From assembly GCA_046563655.1 (NCBI GenBank), contig CM102283.1, positions 6,386,001 to 6,450,000 of the forward strand: DNA of 64,000 nt. Direction: 5' to 3'. The DNA is from Yuukianura sp. NJ FZ-2021 (Eukaryota). Below, one piece after another: positions 39,801-51,800 of this stretch (position 1 is its first letter; every line of letters begins with the position of its first letter). Under the pieces are notes generated by a model. The model was not told the DNA's origin, made no database searches, and was given only the letters and a program-made list of their open reading frames with translations. Both the position numbers and the translations under genes were made by a program.

Positions 39801-42800
39801 TCCGGTCTGAAGCATTTCAATATGTTTGTAATAAGTTAATTTAATTAGGATTAAGAATTAATTATGGTATGTCACGGGAATTATTTAAAACAAAGGGTAT
39901 TATTTGGAATTTTACGGTACCTGCAGCCAGTTCTAGCATCTCCATAGTAATCCTTCAAGCAAATGCAGCTTCCAGCTCCGTTCCGTTCGACACAATTTGC
40001 ATTGGCTCCACATGGACTTGGTGGACCACAAGGTGAAATCGGTTTCTCGGTGACGACGTCAATTCGTTTCGGTTCTTCAACGCAGTCTCGGAATGGATCG
40101 CCCGTAAAACCTAACGTTACAGAGATCCAGGAAAATATACATGGTGTGGTACGGTTGAACATGTACACAGGCCAAATTATAATCCAGGCAAAATATAATC
40201 CAAATATATCAACTAACCGGGTAGACATGTACACAATGCTACATGTTGAGTTGTACGACAGTGAGCATTGGTTCCACACGCACCGACACAAGGATCAGTA
40301 CATTTGTAGTTGTTACAAGCTTTGTTTGTGGGGCAGTCTGGGTTAATGGAGCATTCTAGACGTTTGAAAGACATAGATGTTTATATAACAAGTAAAACCT
40401 TTACTAAAACATCAATTAAAATTGAAACAATGTAATACCCGGACGGCAATTTGGTGGGAAACCGACATAGCCCTCCAGGCAACTACATGTACCCTGCTCA
40501 TTGTGAACGCGACAACGACTGAACGGGCCTAAAATGAATTTAAAATGCTTAAAATTTTTCTAAATATTTTGAAATTTGGCAGCGAAATGGCTTACCACAT
40601 GGAGATGGAGAACATGGGTCAACTGGTGGAGCAGGAATGCGAACGCAAGCTACAAATGGATTTCCACTCATGTCTTGCGGGCATGTACAGATTGGCGAAT
40701 GGTTGAGAACACGACAAATTGCATTCTGGGCACATGGAGTTGGACATGGGTTGACACATCGCATGTTGTCGCAGGTTTTGTCCAACGGACAGCCAGAGTT
40801 GGTCACACACTCAGCGACACAGTTCGGTGGGCTTCCTTGGTAGTTCGGTAGACAAGAACAGGTCGCAACTCCGTTTAGAACTCGGCATTGGCTGTTGAGG
40901 CCACAGGCTAAAATTTTTCCGGAAAAAAAAACTTTAACAAATACTGATTCTTCTAAAAAAAATCTTTGCGTTGGTCTTACGCGACGGTGAGCATGGATCT
41001 GTCGGTTGGGGTGGCGGAATGCGGAAACATGATCTCAATGGTTCTCCAGTAAAGTTCGGAAGGCAAGTACACACTGGAACGTGGTTTCGTACTTGACACT
41101 GCGCATTAGCTCCACATGCTCCGTCACTGCATGGATTCTTACATTTTTGACGAAAGCAAGCCTTGTCATGAGGACAATCAGTGTTCAACACGCTGTAAAT
41201 GTAGATGTTTATAAAAAAAAGACAAATTACAATATTTAACTTGGATTAAAACTAAAATGTTCTGATACCGGGGTGGCAATTAGACTGAAAAAATAGTTGA
41301 AACTTAAATTATTTGCTCACAACCCGGTATTAAAAAGTTTTAAATAATTAAAATATAGAAATTAATTTTTAGTTATAATTTAGTAATAATTATCGAATAA
41401 TTTACATTACCATTCTGGACGGCATGCAATTTCGGGATTTCCGCTATGTTCTGGAATGCAAATGCAGACGGCTACTCCTCCTCGGTCTTCACATACTGCG
41501 TTGATCCCACATTGATGCTGGTAACATCCGTCTTTACGGACGTCAGGTTCAACGGGGATGGGTTTGCAGGAAGTAAACGGATCGCCTAAAAAGTTTTGGG
41601 TTGGTAATTTTACTGAAAAGGTCAACGTAATTAGTAGCTCGATTTTTGATCTCTACGGCAAGCTCTTCCTCAAAACCTTCAATTCTTGTTAAAGTACTAA
41701 CTTCACTAGTTGCAATTTGTTCTACCGAATTAAATCCCGTTACCGATAAATCCTTCGTTGCAGTAACAATTCGTCACATGATTGATGATGCGACAGTAGG
41801 CTTGGAATCCACAAGGTGCATTGCCAACACAAGTATCCGTACATTTTTCGTTGACGCAAACACGATCATTCGGACAGTCTTCATGGATCTGGCTAAAATG
41901 GAAATATAAAAAAATGTAGATGTTTAATAACGCCAAATTATAAGATTTACTTCAACTTCAACTAAAACATTCTACCGGGGTAAAATATTTATTCGAGGAA
42001 AAAATAGTTAAAACTTAGCTTGTTAGCTAACTCCCCGGTATTAAAAACTTTCAAAGGCTAATTATAATATGTACTTTAGACTATAATTGTCGCATAATTT
42101 AAAATAGAAGAAGAAAATAACCTTACCATTCTGGTCGGCACTGATCATTTGCAACATAAATGTAAAACAAAAAATTTATGGAATGAATTTTCTTCAGAGT
42201 CCTTAAAAACTTTTTTTTTGAACAAATTGTGATCATGCTGTGTATAACTTACGTTTGGTGGTGCACCAAAATATCCCCTTTTACAAGTACAAATCGCCCG
42301 CGTATTTTCAACTCGACATTCTCCATAAATACCGCAAGGGTCTCCTCGGCACGGTTCGACTCGTTCCGGACGCTCTGTATCAACAATGAACAATGGAATA
42401 ATTTTACTATAAACTGCATTAAAAATATATAACTGAAATCATTAATTTTTACCTGTGACGACGATAATTGAGCAGCGCGTCAGTGGATCACCGGTAAAAC
42501 CTGGCGTTACAGAGATTTAGGAAATTTAGATGATTAACGTCAAATACAATACTTTACTATATCGCCAATTAAAATGAAAACATATTGTAATACCGGGCTT
42601 GCAATTCAAGTGAAAAAGTCCTAAAAATATAGAAATTACCAGGTTGGCAGTAGCACATTGGAGAGTGATTGACAACTCTACACTTGGCAGTGGATGCGCA
42701 GACTCCTGGACAAGGATCCACGCATTTGAAGTTCCTACAAGCCTTGTCTATCGCACATTCAGAATTTGAAGTACTGTAGAAGTACATGTAAAAAAATGTA

Positions 42801-45800
42801 AACGTTTATATAACGACAAAGCATAATATTCAACTAAATTGAAAACATTTATAATCAGAACAAGACATGTTACATTACCATTCGGCAGAGCAGTGTGGTG
42901 GTGATCCTGGAAAATGAAATATTCAGTTGTAAATTGTAAAAATTGAAAATCCGAAATCAAATTTTAAAATAAGTTAAAAGGTCAAACGTCAGATTTTACC
43001 GATGTAGTTTTTGAGGCAAGAACAAATTGGAACCCCATTTTTGACTATACACTGACTGTAAGGACCGCATGGGCTTGGAGAGCACAAATCCTGCGGAACT
43101 GGGGTCAAAGTTCGACGACATCCTTGCAATGGGTCCCCCTGGACGTATATAGAAATTCTGGTTATCATTTTGAACGCAACTATCTAGAATGTAATTAATT
43201 ACCTGGAAGCCTTCAGGGCAGTAGCAAGACGGTATGTGATTGTAAGTTTTGCAGAGAGCTCCGTTTCCACAAGTTCCAACGCAAGGATCGATACATTTGT
43301 TGTTGAAGCAAGCTTGGTTCAGTGGACAGTCTGAGTTGTGGATGCATTCGACACGACAGAGTAAATATGGGTCTCCTTCAAATGGTGCGATGCAGTGACA
43401 TGTCGCCACGTCTCCGTTGGGACGACATTCGGCATTGGCTGCACAGGGTGACGGATTGCAAGGGTCAACTATCACTGGCGGTTGGATTTTGGTGCACATT
43501 GTCAAAGAGTCTCCACGAAATCCAGCTTGGCAAATGCAAACTGCAATGTGGTTGTAGACGTGGCAAATGGCATTGACTCCACAAACATTCCCAATACACG
43601 GGTCAACACATCTTTCTTGGACACAAGCTCGGTTGTTTGGACAGTCATCGTTGATGCGACATTCGGGACGACAGAAGGGCGGTACGCCTATTAAAACATA
43701 TTTGAATTAATACCTTAAACACATTTGGTATATTTATGGTACCCTAAATCCTCGCCTATAACGCATGCGATATTTCAGATAACAAAATGTTTAGGGTGGA
43801 AAACTTCTTTTTTTTGAATTTCTTAAATTCTTAAATTTTCGAAATTAAGAGATTTCTAGGTCACGTAATATGCATGCTGGGTATAGATAGATCTAATTCT
43901 TATTTAAAATTTAATCATGGACAAAGGAACAAATTATATTGTACGCGAATGTGAGGTATATTCGAGGATTTAGGGTAACCCAATCTACTTTACTGGGAAC
44001 TTTACCATAATATCCTGTGTCGCATGTACAAACTGCGTTGGACCCTTCAGTACGGCAAGAAGCGTACATTCCACATGGATTTGGATTGCATGGCAAGTAA
44101 GGCGCTGGAGTTCGAATTTGGTCAGGAACTACTTGGCAGAAACGTTCCGGATTTCCTGTAAGTCCTGGAGGGCAACTACAGTACGGAACGTGATGTCGGA
44201 CGTAGCATTGTGCACCTTGACCACACCTTCCTCGACATGGATCATCACATTTGTACTGAATACACGCTTGATTTATACCACAGTCCGAATCGACAATACT
44301 AAAATAGAATAAGAAATATTAAAATAAATGTATATAAATAGATATAAATAATTTTAAAATAGATAAGAAGTATTACCATTCCGGCTGACAGTTTGGTGGT
44401 GCTCCCACATAGCCTGCGAGGCAGGCACAGACTACTCCGGAGTTTCTGATTGAGCAAGACGAGTAAGGTCCACATGGGGATGGTTGACACGAAGGGGTGG
44501 GTGGGGGAAGATATGGGGGTGGTGTGGGAGTTACACGTTGAGGGGGGTATGGTGGGGTGGGTCGTGGGGAAACAGGGGGTGGGAGGTAGTCGATGGGAGT
44601 CCGTTTGATACAGATTTGCAAAGGAGATCCGAAGTAGTCCTGCGGCAAATAATAACGACAAATAAAATCTTTACCGAAACTTCAATTAAAATGAAAATAT
44701 TCTAAAACGGGGTGGCAATTCCAGAGAAATATTAGCTAAAAGCCTCTTTAGAATAGTAATGTCTCTGAGGAAAGGTCTTTTTTTTTTAATTCAATGATTT
44801 CGCTAATCCACTCCTCGTTTTAAATAATTAAAATATGGGAATTACCGGCGGGCAGTAGCAAATTGGCTGATGATTTTCTACTCGGCAGAGAGCTTTTTCT
44901 CCACAAACTTGGCCATTTCGACAAGGGTCCTCGCATTTGTACTCGTAGCAAGCCAAATGTCGTGGACAATCGGAGTTCAGAATACATTCTAAAAATTTTT
45001 TACATGTTTATATAACGTCAAATTATAATATATACTTAAACTTCAATTCAAATTAAAACATTGAGGCTGGCAGCCTGATTTAAAAAAAATCGAAAATTAT
45101 AAAATTTTGAAACCTACGATTAGTTTCTGAACGAAGAGATTTTTTTTTACCTAAGTTTGGATTTCCATAGTAGTTTTTGATACATTCGCATCGATAAGCT
45201 CCTGCTCCCAAATCAGTACAGATGGCGTTATTTCCACAGGGATTTTGATCACAGAGTTTGCGCGGTGGTAAGTAAGGAGCAGCAGTCGTAGGTTGAATAA
45301 CTACAAATAATTTTGATAATTGATTCAATTTTTTGTCATCATTTCAAAAACTTTCAATAAACAACATGTTTCGATGTAATCTTTCTTACTTTGTTTTCGG
45401 AAGCACATTTTATATGGATCGCCTTCATAATTTTCAACACATGTACAAACTGGCCGATGTTGAACTGAATAAAATAATGGAGAATTATTTGTTTACATGC
45501 GGAATAACAAATTTTTGGTGAAAATTTTGAAAGTTAACTCACCAACTTCACATCTAGAATTGATTCCGCAAGCAGAAATGCAGGGGTCAGTACATCGGAA
45601 ACTGATACAAGCTCGATTTAGTGGACATTCGGAGTTTCTTTGACTAAAATAAAATAGATAAATAATGTAAAATTTTTACTTAAACTTCAATTAAGATGAA
45701 AACATTGTAATAGCGGGGTGGCAATTCGAGGAAAGAATAGTTAAAACTTAAATCATTTGCTCACAGCCCGGTATTAAGAAAGTTTAAATAATTAAAATAT

Positions 45801-48800
45801 AGAAATTTTATGTTATAATTATCGCATAGTTTAAAATAGAATAAGAAATATTGCATTTACCATTCAGGTTGACATGGTGAGTAGCCGTAGGATCCAGTAC
45901 AGGCACACATCGACACGCCCGGTTCGTATAGACTCAACTCTCCATTGCCCCTGCAAGGCTGCCTTGGCTGTTCGATGACCTCTGCGGAGGTCAATTCAGG
46001 TCAAAATTCAAAACAAATGGAATACAAAAACATTTTTTTTACATATATACAAATCTTACTTGGATAACAGGCGAATTGAGGATGGCCATAGAATCCCTGC
46101 GGACACTGACATGTCACGACATGGTTAGTACAAGTACAACTTGCTCCCTTGCCACAAGATGCAGGACAAGGGTCAACACAGCGAAGTGCATCGCAAACTC
46201 TACTAGACGGACAATCACTATCCAGAAGACATGCAGGCCTACAGCCTTTCGATGGATCCGAACTCAGAAAGCCGGGATTGCAAGTACAGATTTCGTTTCG
46301 TCCAGAAGGGGTACATCGCGTATTTGGTCCACAAGATGGAGGTTGACATGGTGACTTCTCAATAGGTTGCGGAAGAATTACATCAAAACAGCGGTCATAA
46401 GGATTTCCTGATAGTCCGTTTGGACAGACACAAACAGGACGACGCAGCTCGTGGCGACATTCGGCTCGAAAACCACAAGCACCAATACATGGATTGATAC
46501 ACTTCTGCCTGAGGCAAGTCTTCGTCTGCGGACAGTCGGAGTCTGACTGACATTCTGGGATTAAAAGAAATATACATGTTTATATAACGTCAAATTATAA
46601 TATTTACTTAAACTTCAATTCAAATTAAAACATTCTAAGACCGTGGTGGCAAGTCGAGTGAAAAATATAGTTAAAACTTAAATTACCTGCTCACATTCCC
46701 GGTTTTGAAAAGTTTTAAATAATTAGAATACGGAAATATTTAGTTATAATTGTCGCGTAAATTAAAATAGAATAATAAGAAATACTACATTACCAGGTTG
46801 GCATCCAGTTGTACTAACTGGTGACCCCTTCATTCCCGTTGGACAAACACAAACGGCCTGGTTTCGCTCTTCGTAGCAACGTGCTCCAGGGCCACACGGA
46901 CTTGGTTCACAGGGTGAACGAACTTCTCGGCAGCCTTCATACTAAAAAAAATTCAAAAGTTTAATCTTTAATTTGAATGATTTTAATTGTGACCTAACCA
47001 AATGAATCGAATTATAAGTTTAAGTGAGTTTAATTATAAGTTTAATTATAAGTTTACGAAATCTTCTATCTTTAGTCTTTAAGTTTCATCCAAGTGTTTA
47101 TTAATTAAGGTGTGGAATTAAACTCAAAAGAGAAAATAAAAAAAAAAGTTTAAGTGAGTTGGAACAAAAGTGAAATTTTTTTCTTCATTTTCAAAAAGTC
47201 AAAAATAGCAAAGTCCAAAGACTTGCAAAGGAAGGACTCTTTCCACCAAAAAAATTTTTTTTTTGCATAAAACATTTGGAAATGGCTTAAAACGTCCTAA
47301 AAAGTGACTATGAAAAAAAAAATTCGAACAACGTTAAAATTTTTTTTTCCGGATCCGAAAAATTGTGGTGGGTTTAGTTTGGAAGTTTCAAAAAAAATTA
47401 TATTTAACTTACTCCGTTTCCAGTAAACCCCGGCTTGCACGTACAAACTTCTTGATTAGAGACAACTGAACACAGCGAATTCGGACCACACAGGCCGGGT
47501 TGACAAAATCGTCGTGTCGGCGGTGCACATCGATGATACGGATTTCCAACAGTTCCAGCCGGACCTATATTTATATAACACTTGAAGATAAAATTAATGC
47601 GTTCATAATTAATTTAACATTTAAATATTTACAGTAACATGGTGGAGACCGTGTAGTGTCACAAACAGCTCCCGCCGCGCATGGATTTGGTTCGCAAATG
47701 TTGACAACTTCAGCTGGTTTGCAGTAAGGTGGTGACCCTGTGTATCCTTTCAAGCAAGAGCAAACCGGTCTTCCGCCTGAAACCATGCATTCGGAATTCG
47801 GACCACATGGATTCGGTGAGCACAGTTTTCCTTGTGGCACTAAAGTTAATTAACATTAATAATTAACTAATTTCTTGTATTTACATCTTTAATAATTCAC
47901 AAATGAAAGTCACTATACCTCTGCAGCCAATCATGGGATCTCCTTCAAAGTATTCTGGACAACGACATACAGGTCGATGACCTCTGACCTCACACATGGC
48001 ATCTACTCCACAACGACACGGATTGACGCATCTTCGCTGAACACAGGCTTCGCTATCTGCGCATTCGCTGTCACTCCGACATCCCTCTGCACTTATTCCT
48101 TAAATTCAACATCGGACATGTACATTTTAAATCAAAATTTTGTTTCAAAAAGTGCAAAAAGCAAAAAAATTATGGCTGCAGATTATTTAACAAATTTTTA
48201 CGTTTTCTTGTGCAACCAATGTAAGCATTTCCCTCGAATCCATTCAAACACTGACACTTGGCGGCTCTGGAGTTAAAAACAATAAAATGTAAAGCATTTT
48301 AAAATATTTTTTATAATATGTTATAATATTTCCGGCGAATTTTTTTTAGTACCGATTGATCACGTAGCATTCCGAGTTGTCTCCACATGAGTCCGTTGAA
48401 CATGGCGACCGACATACACGGTTGAGGCGGTCACAGAAAAGATGAGGTGGGCAGTCTTGGTTGTACTGACAAACCGACGTCTGGCTGGGCGTCCTTTGAC
48501 ATCCATAGCTGGGACTGCTGTCCAATCCGTCCTTGCCTACAAATCACACATTAAATGTGTCACATTACCCCACAAATGATAGGGTAAAGGTCAAAGGTCA
48601 ACGTACATCGGCAAAGAGCTGCATGGTTAGCTCCATAGCAAACTTCGTGTGAACCACACGGGTCTCGGACGGAACAAACTTTGCTACATTTTTGGTTCAG
48701 GCACACTTCGTCATCTCCGCACTCATAGTCCCTTCGACATCCAACTAAAAAAGTACAAAGTGAGCAAAAAGTCATTAACTTAAGAAACAGTATAGAATGA

Positions 48801-51800
48801 GCAAAAAGTTCGTTAACTCAAAGTACAGAATGGGGCAAAAGTCGTGAAATTGAAAAGTGAACAATAAAAAATGGAAGCCAATTACTTTGAGGAATTGTCT
48901 AGTGGGCGACAACGGAAACATGACATGACACTAAGACCTCAGCGGGTGGTAATAAGTTATGGTTATGGCTTTAGCCTTGTGTGAGTGGGTGGACCTAGCC
49001 TAACATTTTCAGACAAAAGACACGAACAATATGGTTGTCCATGTCTAGGATGTCTGAAAACTGTCGGACACTTTCCATTTTTGGACAAAACGGGATAGTT
49101 TTAATTGGTGATGCGAAAATTGTAAAAGTTTGTCTGCTGTCTAGAGGTTTTTGAAATTTTAACTCACCTGTCACACACTTCCCTCCAACGCATCTTGTGT
49201 TTGGAGGGCAATAACCGCAGTCAAAGTCGTCTGGAAATTTTATAAAATTTTATTCAAAATTACGAAATTTTTGAAAGTTATCCCGATGCGAAGCTTCCTG
49301 CAATTTAAAATTCCAAAATTTTCATTGCGCTTTTAAAATTCACCTCGGTTACAAGCCATCACATGCTTCCGGACGTCGCAGACTTGACCCAAACCGCACG
49401 GATTTTTGCGACAAGGATCTTCACATTGGTAACCACTGCATAACATACGATCCGGACATCCAGTGTCTTTGAGACAAATGGAAATGGTGGCATTACAAGA
49501 TCCAGCCAATCCCGACTCGCAAGCACAAACCGGTTTTCCACCAATCACACGACAGGATTTTCCAGTTGGACATCTTAAACTACCGCACAAGTCTTGACAC
49601 TGACTATTAACACAAGTGAAACCCACAGAGCAGTCGCTGTTGCTGGAACAGTCTCCTTTGCGACATGTCATTTCGTAACGCTGATTCACCATGTTGCCAA
49701 ATCTACAGACACAAATTCCGTCTTCACAGCGCAGGCCCTGTTGACACTCACGATCAGATCGGCATTGGTAGAGGCGATTCGGCCGTCCAATGGCAGTGTT
49801 GAAGCAGCTCGGATCTGGAACGCAGGCGGACTCACCAGGGGGCAGCATGTAACAGGGTTCGCAGGCTATGTAACATTTTTTTTTGAAATTTGGAAATTTT
49901 TTTTATAAAATAGGATTTAAAAAATACATTTTTAAATTTTGACTCACTGCAAAGCGGAATGTGTTTCTCCACATGACAGTACGAATTTTCTCCACACGTA
50001 TAAAGCGATTGACACTGCGGAAAATTTAAGTATATTTTAGTAATTTAAACTTTAATTGAGTTTTTAATTTATGCTACTTAATTACACTAAGATTTAGCAA
50101 TTTGCTTAAAAAAATTTCATGGTTAACCTACCGGATAAATACACTTTCCACCATGACAGGTTTCTTGGGTCGAGCACTGATTGTCAGCGAGACAACTTCG
50201 GCCAATCGTAGCTATTGAAATTCAAATTGTACCTTTGCAATTTTTTTCCCGCCAAAATTTAAAAATCTAGTAAACTTACTTTTGTCCGTTGGAAAACAAG
50301 CTTTGTAAGGGTCCCCTTCAAACGAACTTTCACATTGGCAAGTATATTTTCCTGGACCATTGATACATTTAGCATTGGCTCCACAGGGCTGACTATTCCT
50401 CCGACTACACTCATCAACATCGACACAAGCAGATCCATCAGCATTCAGTTCATATCCAGGAAGACATTCACACTGGTGACCTCCGCCTCTCGCACTGACA
50501 CAGCGTGACCCCGGCCCACAACGGACATTACATTTGCTTGGGATAGTTCTGGTACACTAAAAATGTTGAAAAAGAAGTTTAAAAAAAGTTGAGGCCAATT
50601 TGCAAATTTTTTCCTCAATTACTTATTTACATCCATGCAAGCCTGTACTCGTGTCCAAATTTTCAAAATTTTAGAGTGGCGTCTATAATTAGCCTCCCAA
50701 AATTGCATACTTTTGGCACAAAAGTGAACTTTTAGTTACCGCCCCACTATTTGCGCTTTAAATCCACATTTTTTCAATTACAGCTTACGCCCTATACGTT
50801 TGTAATTTATGAAAACGATCGAACCCATAATGGCCTATCTCACAAAAAGTCAATTAGATGAGAAGCAGCTGAGATCATAAAAACGTTTTAGGGGGCAAAA
50901 AGTTTGCAAATTTGCAATTTTTTGCCAAAAACTTTTTTTTGCCAGTGTACCTAAGCCGATGGGCACTGACCTTTCTCTTATTGTTGTTTTCAAATGCATT
51001 GTACTGTACTCCTATCCAGAAATTTCACGATGACGATTGCCCTTATTTGTCAACTTGTTTTCTCACTCCTACATTGCCAAAATCTAATGCAAATTTGTGC
51101 AAAATCTCAGCGAGAACCCAACCCCCTTTGCCCAAGTGAAACTTACTGTTACAAGTGAGGTAGTGCACAGACACATAATGCAGAAACATATTATTCTATG
51201 CCAAACGCGTATCGTTTTAGTATGATTATGTTAATATCTACATTATGTTTAATTCCGAATTAAAATAAGGACCATACCTGAACATAAGGATTTCCGTAGA
51301 ATCCGTCAGGACATTGGCACGTGTAATTCCCAGGGAAATTCAAACACTGAGCGTTCCGCCCACACGCGTCACTCAAGGCACATTCGTTAATGTCTTGAGA
51401 AAATTTTTAAAAGTTTCAATTTTGAAATTGAAAATTTTTGAATAGAAAAAAATTAAATAGTTACTCCCACCTCGACATCCGTCTCGGGTGTCAGGACTCC
51501 CTTCAAATCCGGGTAAGCATTTACAGGCATAGTGTCCCGGCAAATTACAACATTCGGCATTCCTTCCACATTTGGCACGAATCGAAGGATCTTGACACTC
51601 ATCAATGTCTAGACACAAAAGAATTAATGTAAATAATAATATAAATAATTAATTATAAGCAATTTTCAAAATTTTAACAATAAGGAATCAAAATTTGTTG
51701 ATCATGCGTGCCGTTTGTTTTGTTTAAAATTAATCAAACTAGATTCTTTTGGATTCTTTTGTAAAGTTTGTTGAATTGACGTGTCGTGATTTTTTATTCT

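Noticed and set aside
11733-46793. Intron family as an ordinary TIR MITE or Helitron
   Set aside because: No terminal inverted repeats at the element ends, no fixed TSD, no TC..CTRR termini, single orientation and coincidence with splice sites. Not fully excludable without a genome-wide search.
11733-46793. Dscam-style docking/selector system for mutually exclusive exons
   Set aside because: Adjacent exons join in frame as consecutive module parts rather than alternatives, and the arms usually pair within one intron. Inter-intron pairing remains possible but is unsupported.
8298-49908. Numerous plus-strand and off-frame ORFs over dumpy
   Set aside because: Shadow ORFs of Cys/Pro/Gly-rich dumpy exons.
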